NCBI RefSeq assembly: GCF_018350175.1
Contig: NC_058369.1
Coordinates: 26,166,001 to 26,230,000 of the forward strand
Reading direction: 5' to 3'
Length of the DNA: 64,000 nucleotides
DNA from: Felis catus
Lineage: Eukaryota
The translations under genes and the position numbers were made by a program. The notes under the pieces are model-generated. The model saw only the letters and a program-made list of their open reading frames with translations, did no database searches and was not told where the DNA came from. The stretch's first letter is position 1. Each line of letters starts with the position of its first letter. Below, piece by piece: positions 50,836-64,000 of the stretch.

Positions 50836-52227
50836 AAAGAATTTAGTAATGGTTAGAATAAATTTATGAAGTAAGTACTACATTACCCCTATTTTATAGA
50901 GGTGTAAACTGGGACCCAAAGAAAGGAAGCAACTTGTCAGAAGTGTATACTTGGTAAATGAAGAGTCAGGCCTGTCAGAGAGCAAATCCTGTGTTCCCGG
51001 CCATCACTCTGCACTGCCTCAGTGGTCTCATGTATAAATGTGGTGCAGGTGAAGTCTCGAACGACGTTTGAGATGAATTCTCAGAGACTGGAAGGAGACT
51101 CCTCTGGAAGCAGTAGTCAGTGGAAGTCATGTTTCCATGGAGACCCAATCAGATCCAGCCAAGCTGCGTTTACATGTAGCCATAGCAGCGGAGAGCTGCC
51201 ATCACTCAAATGTGGTGGATTTCTTAAGAAAAAGACCCTCAGTAACAATTTCCTGAGCTTCCACCAATGCCCATTCTATCATTCAAGACTTTGGTGGAGT
51301 CTCCACGGCAGCCTGCAAAATGTGAGTCATGTGCAAGTGTAGAAGGTATTCATTGAGTACTGTGGTTAAGAGCACAGATTTGGAGACAGGTCTGTCTCTA
51401 CTGCACCACTTGCTGGTTACACAAGCTTGGGCAAGTTACCTAACCTTGAGCCCAGTTTCCTTGTCTGTTAAATGGTGGAAGTCATAATATCCACACGTTG
51501 TAAAGATGAAAACAAATGGGATAGTGCATGAAAAGCACAATGCCCAGGACAGGGTAGGGAATGAAGAAGTGTTCACTACCTGTTAATTAACATCTGCTCA
51601 TCCTATGTTTTTAAATGAGAACAATCCACTTGAGAACTGACACAAAGGAGCAGATGACAGCTGTGTTCTCCCCTTTGCTTTGTCTGCCCCACACCTCTCT
51701 ACTTCCTCCCATTGTCCTTTCCACCTCTGGCTCTTTGGCCTGTTTCCAGCCACTTGTGTGCCACTGGGAAGAGATGACCAAACTTGGTACCTCCTGCTCC
51801 AGTCCCATTGGGTACCCAGTACCTCCAGTCCCTACAACCCCAACTGGGGCATCAGGAACCACTGCCTGAAGGGTGACCAAACTATAATCCATCCACATGG
51901 ATGTGTGATCCAGCTCCCTGCATGACCTCACAGCTCAGAAAGGAGACAAGATAAAAACAAATGAAGAAGCATTATCCTTTTGATAAATTAGATTAGAGGG
52001 CATCGTGATTTAGATGGCATAATGTAACATATGTCTTTCAAAGTGTCATTAAGATGTTTATATCTAAGTGGCTACCTGGTGGGATGCTTAAGGGTCCCAG
52101 GAGAGACACCAGGGACAGCTAAGAGGGACAGGTCTCAGGACAGTGTCATGAGTGATGTGGATGCTGAAATGAAGCCTGTGAGGACCTTAAGAAATATGTG
52201 TTTTCTTAACAAGAAGAACTATGTGCT

Positions 52228-52228
<1 letters not shown>

Positions 52229-52269
<41 letters not shown>
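52229..52269. repeat. (CA)n microsatellite
   Basis: Direct observation. Confidence 0.95.
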
Positions 52270-52272
<3 letters not shown>

Positions 52273-52764
52273 AGTAGCCTTCAGCCATTGATTCTTGGTT
52301 CACGCTGGAGGCTTCATAATCTCTGTTCCCCAACTGATCCTTGACTATTCAAAGATGGTTTCTAAGCCCCTCTCAGAACTGGGTGAGCCCAGTAAATGCT
52401 TGGTGTATGAACCACACTGATGCTGATGGCTGATATTATGCACACGTGCTCTGTGCCAGGTCTGGTGCTAACCTGTAAACACACTATTCAGCTTGATCTT
52501 GTCTGCAACCCTGTGAGGTTGGTACCATCATCAATTGTTCGTCATCACCTCCTACGGTGTTTACACAGACAGATAGCTAGTAAGTGGCAGAGCTGGACCC
52601 GGATCCACCGTCTTCACCTGAGAGTTGTTCCAGTGACTCAGACACTTGGAGCTCATGTTTGCTCACCTGCTACCTGGCTAGCCCAGCCATCAGTCCCAAT
52701 TTGGTACCTGTATCCCCAGTGTCCTTGGGGTACTGCTATCTCCCCTAACCTCAGTCAGTGTGGT

Positions 52765-53355
52765 TTAGGTGAGGTAGGAAAGGATTTCTTAAACAGGACA
52801 TAAAAAGCACTAAACACAAAGGATAATTTGACAAAATTAATGTTTGTCCAAAAGCACTAAAGAAAGTGAAAAGATGAGCCACAAACTGGGCTTTGCAGCA
52901 CATATAACTACAAACCATTAAGACACAGACAATTAGAAAGATGGGGAAATGACACAAACAGATATTTCACAGACACGGAAACACAATGGCAAACAAATAT
53001 ATGAGTAATTGCTCAAGCCCATTAATGATAGGTGTAAAGATTAAGATCACAATGAGATACCCCTTCAGACCTACTAGATTAGAAGCAGTCAGTCTGATGG
53101 TTCCAAGTGTTGGCAAGACCCTGAAGATATTCTCCTATGTTGTCCTTCTAAAAGTTTAGTTTTGCTTCTTATATTAAAGTCTTTAATTTATCTTGAATTA
53201 ATTTGGAGAGGGGTGGGTTGTTAAATTCCATGTTTTTCTATATGAATAATCAATTGTCCTAGCATTTTTACCAAATTGTCCCTCCTTTCGCCAGTGATCT
53301 GAAATGTCACCTCCCTCATAAGTCAAGTTTCCTTATGTATGTGGATCTGTTTCTG

Positions 53356-53398
<43 letters not shown>

Positions 53399-56300
53399 AG
53401 TAGGCTTCATGCCCAGCATGGAGTCCAATCCCGGGCTGTGAGATCAAGACCTTAGCTGAGATCAAGAGTCGGATGGTTAACCAACTGAGACACCAAGGTG
53501 ATTTTTATACTGTTTCATTAGTGTTTTTATCTATCCCTACATGAATACACACTGTCCTAATAACTATACTTTTATAACAAGTCTTGATATCTAATTTTTC
53601 TTCTTCATTGCAAATATTTTTACTTTTCTTGGACCTTTGCTCTTCCATATGAATCTTAGAATCAGCTCATAATTTTCTTTTTTACCAGCTCGTAATTTTT
53701 TTTTTTACCACCTCGTTCCTAATTAATTATTGAAAAGCCCTGTTGAGATTTTGATTGGAATCGTTTCTGATTTTGAAGGAAGCATTTCTAACTTTTCACT
53801 ATTGAGAATGATAATTGTTGTAGGTTTTTAATTTTGGTGGCCGCCTTTTAACCTGCAAGGAAGTTCTCTTCCTAGTTTCCTATGAGTTATTACCAAGAAA
53901 GACTGTTGAATTTTAAAATTTTGCAAACATTGGGATGATCTTATGGTTCCCTTTTAATATATTGATGTGGTTAACTACAGGAATAGATTTCCTAATGTTA
54001 AACTATCCTGACATTCCTAGAATAAACCTGTCTTGGTAATGATACAGCATCCTTTTTATATATTGCTGGACTCAATTTACTAATATTTTATTTAGGATTT
54101 TTACTTCTATGTTTTTGAGGGATTTAGGAGTAATATTGGTCTGATCTTGTTTGGTATGGAATTTAGACTGGTATAATAGGGTGAATTGGGATGTGTTCTC
54201 TCATTTTCTATTTTCTAGAAGGGCTTATGAGAGAGTAATATGATATATGTCTTGAAAGTTTAGACTCACTTCTAGAATCATCAGGCTTTAGTTTTTCCTT
54301 TGACCAAATATTTCATCAATTTCTCTAATAAGATTCATGTTTTCTATAGTTGACAACTGATAGAATTTACTGGTGAATTGAACTTGTTATCACTATGTAG
54401 TGTCACTTTCCATCCTTAATGATTTTTGTTAGTCACTCACCATAACACAGTGGTGGTGTTTCTTTTGGATACTGTTTGTGAGGTGTATCATTTTCCACAC
54501 GTTTACTTTTAACCTTCCCAAATTCCTATATTTTTTGGAGTGCCTCTTGAGACAGCACCTCTTGGATTTTTGTAACATCCAAGTTGACAATTTCTGACTT
54601 TTAACTGATGAGTTTAGTTAATTTACTATGATTATTAGTAAATCTGGACTTTTTTTTAATTACCTTTTTTGGGGGGAGGAATCTTACTTTTTCTACAGTT
54701 CTTTGGGTTGGTTGGCATTTGTTTATTGGCTTATGTAATTCCCCCCCCCCCCACTGGTTTGAAAGTTATACATGTTATTTATATTACTTTAGTGAATACC
54801 ATTGACAATGTACCACACATAATTAGCAAAAGCCAAAATTACTATCTTAATTCCCTTCCCACACAAATGCAAAAGCACTGGGACACTATTTTTTTTTTTT
54901 TTACCACCTCATTCCTAATTGATTGTTGTCTCTTATTTTAGTTCTGACCTTGTGTAAACATACAGATTATGGGGGCGCCTGGGTGGCTCAGTTGGTTGAG
55001 TGTCCAGCTCTTAATTTCTGCACTGAGTGTTGTGCCTGCTAGGGATTCTCTCTCTTTCCTTCTGCCCCACTCCTCTGCTCTTTCTCTCTCTAAAAAAATA
55101 AAAAAATTAAAAATTAAAAATAAACTTATGGATTATGCATTATGTCATCATTATTGTTTTGTACTGACAATTTTGTTTAGATTCACTCTATGTACCAATT
55201 TCCTCACTCAGTATGCCTTCTTTCATTTCAGTTCTTAATTGGGTCTTTTTTTCTTCTTTCTGAGGTATATCTTAGAAGTTCAGTTAGTCAAGTCTTCCAG
55301 TTGTAAATTCACTTTATTTGTATTTAACCCTTATTCCTGAAAGGCTGAGGATCCAATTCTCAGGCCTTTGGAGATATTATTCAATGCCTTTGAGTTTCCT
55401 ATGTTGCCATTCAGAAATCTGCAGGAAATCTAATTCCTTTTCTGGGGAATAATCTTTTTTATCTCTAGCTGCTTTTAAGTTCTTTGTTTTTATTTTTATT
55501 TATTTTTATTTTTTTTTAAAGATTTTTATTTATTTTAAGAGAGAGAGAGCAGGCAAGTTGGGGAAGGGCAGAGAGAAAGGGAGAGAGAGAATCCCAAGCA
55601 GGTTCCATGCTCAGTATGGAGCCCAACACAGGGCTTGGTCTCATGACCTGACCCAAAATCAAGAGACTGGATGCTTAACCAACTCTTAATTTCGGCTTAG
55701 GTCACGATCTCAGGTTTGTGGGTTTGAGCCTCATGTGGGACTCTGTGCTGACAGTGCACATTGACAGTGTGGAGCCCGCTTAGGATTCTCTCTCCTCTCT
55801 CTCTGCCCTTCCTCTGCTCGCATGTACACACATGTGTGCGCGCTCTCTCTCTCTCTCTCAAAATGGATGAATAAATTATTTTTAAAAAGATTTTATTTTT
55901 AAGTAATCTCTACACCCATCATTGGGCTCGAACTCACAACCCTGAGACCAAGAGTCACATGTTCTACCCACTGAGACAGCCAGGCACCCCTTCTTTGTTT
56001 TTAGTGTCCTGCAGTTTCACTACAATGTCTCTTGGTGTGGATTTCCTATTATTTATCTTGCTTAGGATGTGTTTTGCTTCCTAAAACTGGGGATTCATGT
56101 CTTTTTTCTGCTTTAGAAATTCTCACCCTTTACCACCTCAAATATGGCCTCTCCTCCTTTTTAAAAAAAACTTTTTTAACGTTTATTTATTTTTGAGACA
56201 GAGAGAGACAGAGCATGAACGGGGAAGGGTCAGAGAGAGGGAGACACAGAATCTGAAACAAGCTCCAGGCTCTGAGCTGTCAGCACAGAGCCCGACGCGG

Positions 56301-56540
56301 GGCTTGAACTCACGGACCGCGAGATCATGACCTGAGCCGAAGTCGGCTGCTTAACTGACTGAGCCACCCAGGCGCCCCTGGCCTCTCTTCCTTTGATGCT
56401 GCTTAAATGGATTTTAGATCTACTCAGTCTATTCTGCATATTTTGTAATATCTTGTTTTCATATTTTTCATGTCATATCACTCTGTTGTCTTCTGATTAA
56501 TTTCTTCAGATAGGTCTTCCAAATCACCATATTTGGTTAA
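52765..56540. mobile_element. Degenerate old LINE-1 fragments (plus strand ~52765-53120, minus strand after that) with several nested SINEs
   Basis: AT-rich L1 motifs (gtaggaaaggatttcttaaacaggaca; cacaatgagatac; tattgctgga..caatttactaatattttatttaggattttt). SINEs at ~53358-53500, 54971-55120, 55490-55990 and 56160-56378. Confidence 0.7.
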
Positions 56541-57889
56541 TCATGATCCATGAGAATCCTGAGCAACTTACTCTTTGATGAGTACACTATCCCTGAAGCT
56601 CTGAGAACAATTCCATGAAGCATGTCGAATGCAACTCTTGAAATCTGAATGATGAGATGGCCAACGTCTTAGAGGAAGATGCTTCAGCCCAAGCCAGGGA
56701 GATTGTCCCTAACTCTGGATGGATTCCAGCAGCCCTAACAGAGGCAGATTTTACGAGGTAGTTACCAGTGGCCTCAGAGATGTTCCTTTGCCACATCTCT
56801 GAAGCTTTTTGTCCATGACCCATTCTTAAAAACCAGGACCTGCCCAACTCAACCAGGTTCTGCCAGTCTGGAGGGTTTGGCAGGAGGGAGGCTGCCTTTG
56901 TGGTGGAGTTAAATACCAAGAGAGTCCTGCTGGGCACTAGTCCCACCTAGGTCTGGAGCAAGAGGCAGACAAGGAAGCCTTCATTCAGGGCAGCAGAAGA
57001 TACCACTCCTCACCCCCACCCCTCACACACTGCTCAGCACATAATAAGTGCTCAGTAAGATTTTATTATATGAATGAATAAACACTCTGATGGAAGAAGT
57101 CCCTAGTGCAGTGTGGGCCTGCTGGAGGAAGTGACATCTAAATGGAGGCATAGAAAAAATAAATAAATTGAGGCACAGTCAAGAGGAAGTAGTCAGGCCA
57201 AGAAGAAAAAGAAGAGTTCTTGGTGGAGGGAACAGCCCATTCAAAGGCCAAAGTGGTAGAATTCAGCTTGGGCACCCTCAGAATACTAGATGAGGGTGCA
57301 GTGGTAAACTGAGGCCAGATGCTCAAAAATCCCGGCTTTGTGGTAGATAAGCTAGTCAAACAACACCATTTGAATTTAATGGGTGATAACTTTTATGCTC
57401 CCCTCCTAATTTTTTATTTATTTGCCTAATTAGGTTTAACTGTCCTTAAAAAGAAGAAATGACCATAGTGGGGATTCAACCAGCAGTGGATGAAAGCCTT
57501 TCCAAGATTACTATTTTGTGTCCCACCCTCTCCCCCACCACCCCCAGCTTTGGAACCAGGTGCAGAGTTTGAATTCCCAATTCTGTCCTTTATAGGTTGA
57601 ACCCATGGGCAAGCGGCTCACCTTTCTTCTGAGAAAGGAAGCCAATCACAACGCGTACCTTACAGTATTAAATGAGACGACATGTGTAAGGCAGTGTTGC
57701 TTGGCTTGCCTGTGAGCCTGTGCCTATCTTTCTGAGCCTTTGGGGGGCAGAGATCCAGCCAGAGTCACTTTGGAGCCACATGCCCAGCAGCACTAGGCAC
57801 ATAGTAGCTGCTCAGTAAATGAAACAACGCCTCGACGAACTCTGGCGGTGCCTTGTGGAACTGTGGCTCCTTGGGTCCCAGTCCGGAGC

Positions 57890-58550
57890 CTTTGCCCTAA
57901 GTGAGCTGTTTAGGGGCGGGGCGGGGCGGCCGGGTTCTGCCCTCGGCACTCAGCGCTGAGCGCGGAGAGCAATAGGCGCTGGCACTGGGGCCTGGGCTCT
58001 TAAGCGCTTGGAGACAGGTTGCGGAGGTCGGGTTGTGGAAGCCACTAACTCGCCCCTCCGGGTTTAACACTCTGAGCTGGGGCGCAGAGGAGCTTAGAGT
58101 AGACCGGACGCTGCAGCCGCGGAGCTGCGCAGGGGCGACGAAGGCGGAGCCGACTTTTCCGTCGGCTGACTCAGGCCGGCGCGGCGCGCCTTTAAGGCGT
58201 CCGGCTGAGCCGGGCGCGGGGAACCGAGCGACGCGGGCACGAGCGCAGCTGCCGGACGCGAGCGCGGCTGGGGGACGAGGACTGGCCTCTGGATCCCGCG
58301 GCACTATCCGGGCGCCTGAGGTCAGGTCAGGTGAGCGCCGGCGGGCCGGGCGGGGGGTGCGCACCTGAAAGGGAGGGTATCCGGGGGCTCCCCTCCTCCC
58401 CCGCCCCGGCCCTGTGACCTGCCCTCCACTTTTCGTTGCAAGGCTGCCTGGCCGCCCCGCAAGCGGCGCACGGGGCGAAATGGGTCGGGAACCTGCACCT
58501 CTGTTTTCTCCTCGGTTCTCTCGCTCCGGCATTAGCCCCTGCACGCTCCC
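57890..58550 (+). promoter_or_regulatory. ABHD6: CpG-island promoter, probably ABHD6
   Basis: Abrupt CpG-rich segment with tandem GC boxes GGGGCGGGGCGGGGCGG (~57913-57929), AP-1/ARE-like GCTGACTCAG (58165-58174) and TTTAAG at 58191. Gene name is by synteny only. Confidence 0.7.
58215..58330 (+). other. ABHD6: Probable non-coding first exon of ABHD6 (start approximate)
   Basis: Strong donor CAG|GTGAGC at 58330/58331 inside the CpG island; no ATG in the segment. Confidence 0.55.
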
Positions 58551-59552
58551 CTCCAGTGCCTGGATAGGTTTGACATTCCCCGAATCCCAGATGCCCCTAC
58601 TTCCCAGGCGGCCTGCTGCCCTAAGCCCAGGGACTAGGTGAGGCTGGGTCGGGGACCTGCACCCTTTTTTCTGTTCCGCCTCCCACCGCTGGCTCCGGCA
58701 CCAGTCCTTCTGCGTCCCTCCGGGTGGCTGGATGGTTTGGAGGCTCCTGCACCCTCGTTCCTCCCAGTTCCCGAGGAAAGGCTGCAGCTCGACCTCCCAG
58801 CTAATGGCGCCAACCCCCGTCCGGTCCCCAGATATCTGCGCCCCTCGGGACCTCCCCCAGCCAATACCTACCCCCAGCAGCTTTTTAGCTCACTTTTCCT
58901 CAGCCCACCCCAGTTCCCCTGGCCTCATGCCCTCTCCTCCCAGCAACCCTTGAGTCAAGATGCTGGTACAACCATCCCAACAGCCCGGTGCCGCCCGGCA
59001 ACCCCCAGCATCCCCCGCCTACACTTTCACTGGCTTCTTGGCAGCCTTGGAAATTCGGATTGTGTAACGCTGGCTGCAGGGCAGAGCACATGCAGATGAG
59101 TGGAGGAGGCCAAGTTGACAAGAGAGATAGGGAGAGAGGAAGAGGGTGCCAGAGGGTCTAGAGGCTGTGCATCCAGGGATATGTACCTTGAGCCCTTTTT
59201 GTGCTCCGAGGTTTGGTTGATTAAGAAGAGGTTTCAGCTTGGACTGGAGACCAGCATTTGCCTCACCTCTCACCTGTTCAGAAAACCCTAATGGCTGGCT
59301 CTACCTGGCTGGGAGTTAAATTATTATAAATAATAGCTGACACAGAATAAATACTGGCTGCCAGATCATGTGCTAAGCACCTTTAGAGGATTACCTGCCT
59401 TACTTCTCCCAACAGCTCCCAGAGGTAGGTACCAATGTTATGCCCATTTCTCAGAGGAAGAATGTGCCCCCTTCCCAGGGCACAGTGAATCTGACCTCAA
59501 AGCCCCCATTCTGAACCACTAGACTTATTTTTACCCAACTGTAACTAATAAA

Positions 59553-59773
59553 TTTTTTTTTTTATTTTTTTTAACGTTTATTTATTTTTGAGACAGAGAG
59601 AGACAAAGCATGAACGGGGGAGGGTCAGAGAGAGGGAGACACAGAATCTGAAACAGGCTCCAGGCTCTGAGCTGTCAGCACAGAGCCCAACGCGGGGCTC
59701 GAACTCACGGACCATGAGATCATGACCTGAGCCGAAGTCGGCTGCTTAACCGACTGAGCCACCCAGGCGCCCC
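59553..59773 (-). mobile_element. CAN-SINE
   Basis: actaataaa flanks. Confidence 0.92.
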
Positions 59774-60991
59774 ACTAATAAATTCTTATCAACATTTTTA
59801 TAACATAGGAAGTCAGAAATAAGAGAAATTAATAATCTATGTTCTTAGCACCAATTTATTTTTCTAAAAATATTTTCTCAGACCAACGAGGGGTCCTGGG
59901 TGTCCTCCTCAAGGAGACTGATGCCCAAAGAGAAGGGACATGCTGGAGGCCATACAGCTAAGAAGTACCAGGGCTGGGATGCTAAACATGTCCTGGGATG
60001 GTCAGTCCTCACTTCCTGGGTTCCCAGTACTGCCCCAGCCCATCAGCCTAGGCCCCTGGAGATTCTGTTCCCTCTTTGTATCCTGATTCCCCCCTCCCCC
60101 ACCCCCTGCCTCCTGTGCTATAATCCAGGCAGGTGACCTGCTGCCTTATGCTTAGGCTGTTCCCTCCTCTGGGAATGCCCTCCCTGGAATCTCTGAAGTC
60201 TAAATCTTACCTTAGCTCCAGCTCAGCGGTCCCCTCTAGGAACACACCTCTGATTCCTCCCGTGGCCCCAACTGAAAGTGATTCCTTTCTCCCCTGGGAT
60301 CTTATAACTGGGATCCTACTGCCTTCCACCTTCATGATGGCATTTGGAAAGTTCTGTCTGCACGTGTCTGCCTATGCTCTCTGGGGCAGCTATGCTGGTG
60401 GGATCAGAAGCGTTCCTCAAGACCCTTTTTCCCATCTGCCTGGTGAAGCCCCAGGACAAAAGGGGAGAGAGAGAGAGAAAGAGAGATCCGGGGTGGGGGG
60501 GTGGTGGGGAGAGTTATGACATGGTTTCCAAAGTAACGATAGACTCAGAATTTCTGAACCCTGCAACACCAAACTCCCTTCATTGAGCTACAGCCTGATC
60601 ACAGGGAGAATGGCTCAGCATGGTACCTAACATGATGATTACAGGTTTGTTTTTGTTCATGACCCAGAGGATTCCCCCCAGAGAATCAGAGAGACTTGGG
60701 TCCAAATCCCACTGCTACCACTGCTACCTGTGTGGCCATGGGCCTATTATCTAACCTCTCTGAGTCTTAGCTTCTGGTCATGGCACCTGTTTCAGCAGGC
60801 AATGGTAAGATTTAGATAAAGCACAAGGTCCAGCATGTGGTAAGCACTCAGTAAGCACCAGCTATTATGGAGAGTGAGACAGTGTTGGCCCCACTTTGAA
60901 TTACTGGAAATGTATTCAATCGTTATTGACTGGCTCATATTGACTCTGCTTAGAGGTGGGCCAGAGGAGTCCCAACCAAGAAGAGGTAAGC

Positions 60992-61106
60992 ATTTTTTTT
61001 TTTAAGATTTTAATTTTTAAATCACCTCTACACCCAAAGGGGGCTTGAACCCACAACCTCAGGATCAAGAGTCACGTGCCCCACCGACTGAGCCAGCCAG
61101 GCACCC
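60992..61106 (-). mobile_element. Short CAN-SINE
   Basis: Reverse-complement head; taagcat flanks. Confidence 0.8.
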
Positions 61107-62202
61107 TGAGATAAGCATCTTGTGTGTGTGGTCAGAAAGGCCTCTGAAGCTTTCTTCGACACTACACCGTCCATTGCTTTGGTAAAAAGAATGGCCTTTT
61201 CTGTTTTTTAGCTTTAAAAATCTGAGCTTTGAGTTCTGTGAGGCTGTGAGCCTGCACATATCTAGAGTAAACGTGTGAATACAGTTCATGCAATTGTAAG
61301 TAATTGTGAAACTACTGATAGGAAGATAAAACACTTGTTCTTAGAGGTTACATGGGTTTGCACTATGTGTTGGTTCAGACTTATCTTTGGGGCAAAAGGT
61401 TTGATTTACTTTGGATTAGGGAGGGAAGGAAAATAACAGTGAGTGTTTTTTCCTAGCAAGCAGCTCAGAGTAGAAATCAGCTTCCCTACCAGTCATATTC
61501 TTTACCAATGCCTGATTGTTTTGGTGACTAGGTCAATTTTTACAGGGATGAGTGTTCAAAAGAAAAGGACCAGGAATGTCTCCCTCAAAGCTAAGTGTTT
61601 GGAATATGCTGGAAAACCGGCTCGGTGGGTTGAAAAAAAAAATCGTTAAAATTTCTCCTAATTTGATTATTGGCATAAGTTACGATTGCCTTTGATAATT
61701 TCAAGACTGTTGCACTTAGATATTTTAAGTCATACATTTTTGTAAGTTTTCATGGTTCTGTGGCATTTAGCAGGCTATAGGACTTTATCTCCGTGACCCT
61801 GTAGGGATGTAAATACTTTTCATACTGTCAACATGGTGGCTATCAACTTCAAATTAAATAAATTTAAAAATTCTCTTCTTAAGTCACACTAGCCACATTT
61901 CAAGTGCTCAATAGTGACTGTATTAGGTAGAGCAGATGGAGAACATTTCCATCTTTCTAGAAAGTTTTGCAGGGTGGCGCTGTTTATATCAAAAAGGCCA
62001 TGGGCAAACAGGGTTAAGTTCCATTCTTTCTGGCAAGTCACTCGCGGACCAAGAAATGGAATGTGCCGAGGATATTTCATTGTCAAGAATTAGGGTGATA
62101 CTAATCCCCTTAGCCTCATTTTCGCTTTCTGGTTCACTGTCGTTTAACCCTGCCAGGTTCAAAGGATTAGGGAGAAGACGGAATCAAATGAAATGTCTTC
62201 TA

Positions 62203-62590
62203 GCAGTGTTTCTCCATCCTGGCTGCGTGTTAGAATGGCCTAGGGAATTTTAAATTATTTTATTTTATTTTGAGAGTGAGAGAGAGCGTGTGCAACTCAC
62301 ATGCACAGGAGCAAGGGAGGGGCAGAGAGAGAGAGAGGGAGAGAGAGAATCCCGGTCAGCCTGAAGCAGGACTCGATCTCACACCCGTGAGATCGTGACC
62401 TGAGCCAAAATCAAGAGTGGGAGACTTAGCCAACCTAACCATCCAGGCGCCCCCGCCTAGGGAATTTTTTAAAAATACCCATGTCCAGCCTCTGCCCCAG
62501 GCCAAATGAATCTGAATCTCTGGGGATGGTTTCCCAGAATCTATATTTTTAAAATGCTACCTGGGGGAGTCTGTGCAGCCAGGCCTTCAA
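62203..62590. mobile_element. MER5-like element interrupted by a minus-strand CAN-SINE (~62252-62454)
   Basis: cagtgtttctc...tagaat / gaatctgaatctctgggg; SINE TSD GCCTAGGGAATTTT. Confidence 0.7.
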
Positions 62591-62735
62591 GACTGTGAAC
62601 TTAAAAGAAAAAATCCCTGAGGACTGGAAGACAGTGTTTCAAGGTAGATTTGGTAAGTGGCTAAGAATGCTCCTTATTGATTTACTTTAGTAATAAATCC
62701 AGGGTTGGAGGTCAGTGGGTTCACTTCCTCCAAAA

Positions 62736-62939
62736 GGGCTCTCGGTTGAGGACAGCTTTGTCCCCAAGGGTGCATTTGGCAGTGTCTGGAGACATTTTTT
62801 CTTGTCACGACTTAGGGGTGGCTTTGAGTGGGTAGAGGTCCCAGATTCTGCCAAATATCCTACAATACATAGGACAGCCTCCCACAACAAAGACCTAGCT
62901 GGCCCAAAATGTCAGTTGTGCCACAGCTGAGAAACCCTG
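62736..62939 (+). mobile_element. MER20 (hAT-Charlie) element
   Basis: catttggcagtgtctggagacattttt...tcctacaatacataggacagcctcccacaacaaag...ggcccaaaatgtca...gagaaaccctg. Confidence 0.8.
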
Positions 62940-64000
62940 ATCTAGACACAATTTTTGCAAACCAAAGTCCTGTCTGACCTTGGATGTAGTTGTCTCTTGA
63001 AAGAAGGTCAAGATATGCTCCTAAACTGGGCCCTCAGAAACCCTCTGGATCGTATTCCAGGCTTTCCGATCCCAGAAGCCACGTCGGGTGTCACTGCCTG
63101 TCGTTGGATGCGTTTGGGGCTGCACCAAGGAAACTGCTGATTCAGGGGCACAGGGCAGTCTGCGGATGACGTGGGGAGAGGTTCTTACACTGCTGCAGGT
63201 TGGGATCCTCTTCTTTTTGTGAAGCAATTATATAAAGTAATAGCAGCCTTTGCCTTGGGCCGTTTTCCAGAAGCTGTGGCTCTGTGGCTGTTGGCGTTGG
63301 ATGTTTACTTTGTGATATACCCCAAACAAGATTCGAGCCTTGTGTGTGATGAATTTTGGGAATGGAGCAATGGGCTAGACTCTGGGAGTATCAAGACAGC
63401 AGCACAGACACTCCCACTGACTCCCGCATCTGAGTGGCACTGGAGGGGATGGAGGGGTGGCAGGGCTGCCTCTCCAGGCCTGGGAGGGCAGGCAGGGTCT
63501 TCTCGGCTGTACAGAGTGAGCACTTGGTATCTGCCCGTCACTGCTTGGGGCAGTCTCCACGCATCCTCTCATTTTGTCCTTTCACAGGGGCTGTAGGAGG
63601 TCAGCTGATTCACCAAGGTCACACAGCTGGTGGGTAGCAGAGCAGAGATTTGAACCCAGGCTGTAGAACTGCAGAACTGAATCCCCCGAGGAGCATTTAC
63701 AGACTGGGGCTGTGCTCCCCAGCCGAGACTTGTAGGATGAGCTGGAGCTCACCAGGCAGGGGGGAGAAAAGGCACATGGGGGAGAGGGTATCATGCGTGC
63801 CAGAGCCGTGGAGGTATGAAAGAGCATGACATGTCAGGGATTATAGCTCACTCAGAGACAGGGGGTGTGTGTGACAAGAGAGGATGATGCTTGAGAGGCG
63901 GGGAGGTATGAAATCCTAGGTAGCCGTGTGAATCGTGCTGAGGACCACTGGGAGCCACTGGTGGAATGGGATGGAGGCAGAGAAAGAGCTGTGTGACATT

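Noticed and set aside
57897..59099. 215-aa, 111-aa and 153-aa ORFs in the CpG island
   Set aside because: Stop-poor GC-rich sequence, non-ATG starts and no domain features.
58331..64000. Search for ABHD6 coding exons
   Set aside because: No alpha/beta-hydrolase-like translation was found; the region looks like intron 1 with repeats.

Overview
Mammalian genomic DNA, almost certainly a felid carnivore (dense tRNA-derived CAN-SINE/SINEC elements, including a young, near-identical subfamily). Gene order matches the FLNB - DNASE1L3 - ABHD6 locus. The first ~1.2 kb is probably the FLNB 3' UTR. A complete 8-exon DNASE1L3 lies on the minus strand (CDS 41672 to 20573, 933 nt, 310 aa, all GT-AG junctions and phases checked by hand). 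A CpG-island promoter with a non-coding first exon at ~57.9-58.7 kb is assigned to ABHD6 by synteny only. The main finding is an intact two-exon plus-strand gene (8488-8995 joined to 11590-11714, ~210 aa) that the ORF track shows only as a mis-bounded fragment. It carries the motif set of the ATP6V1FNB/SPMIP1 (sperm microtubule inner protein) family and sits behind an RFX X-box, a CRE-like site and a CCAAT box, so it is a candidate ciliary/flagellar paralog. DNASE1L3 also has an in-frame triplication of the 9-mer at the exon 3 acceptor (NSR x3) and an N-R-T sequon. The rest is interspersed repeats (SINEC, L1, MLT1, MER) and microsatellites. Family assignments come from recalled sequences, not database searches.
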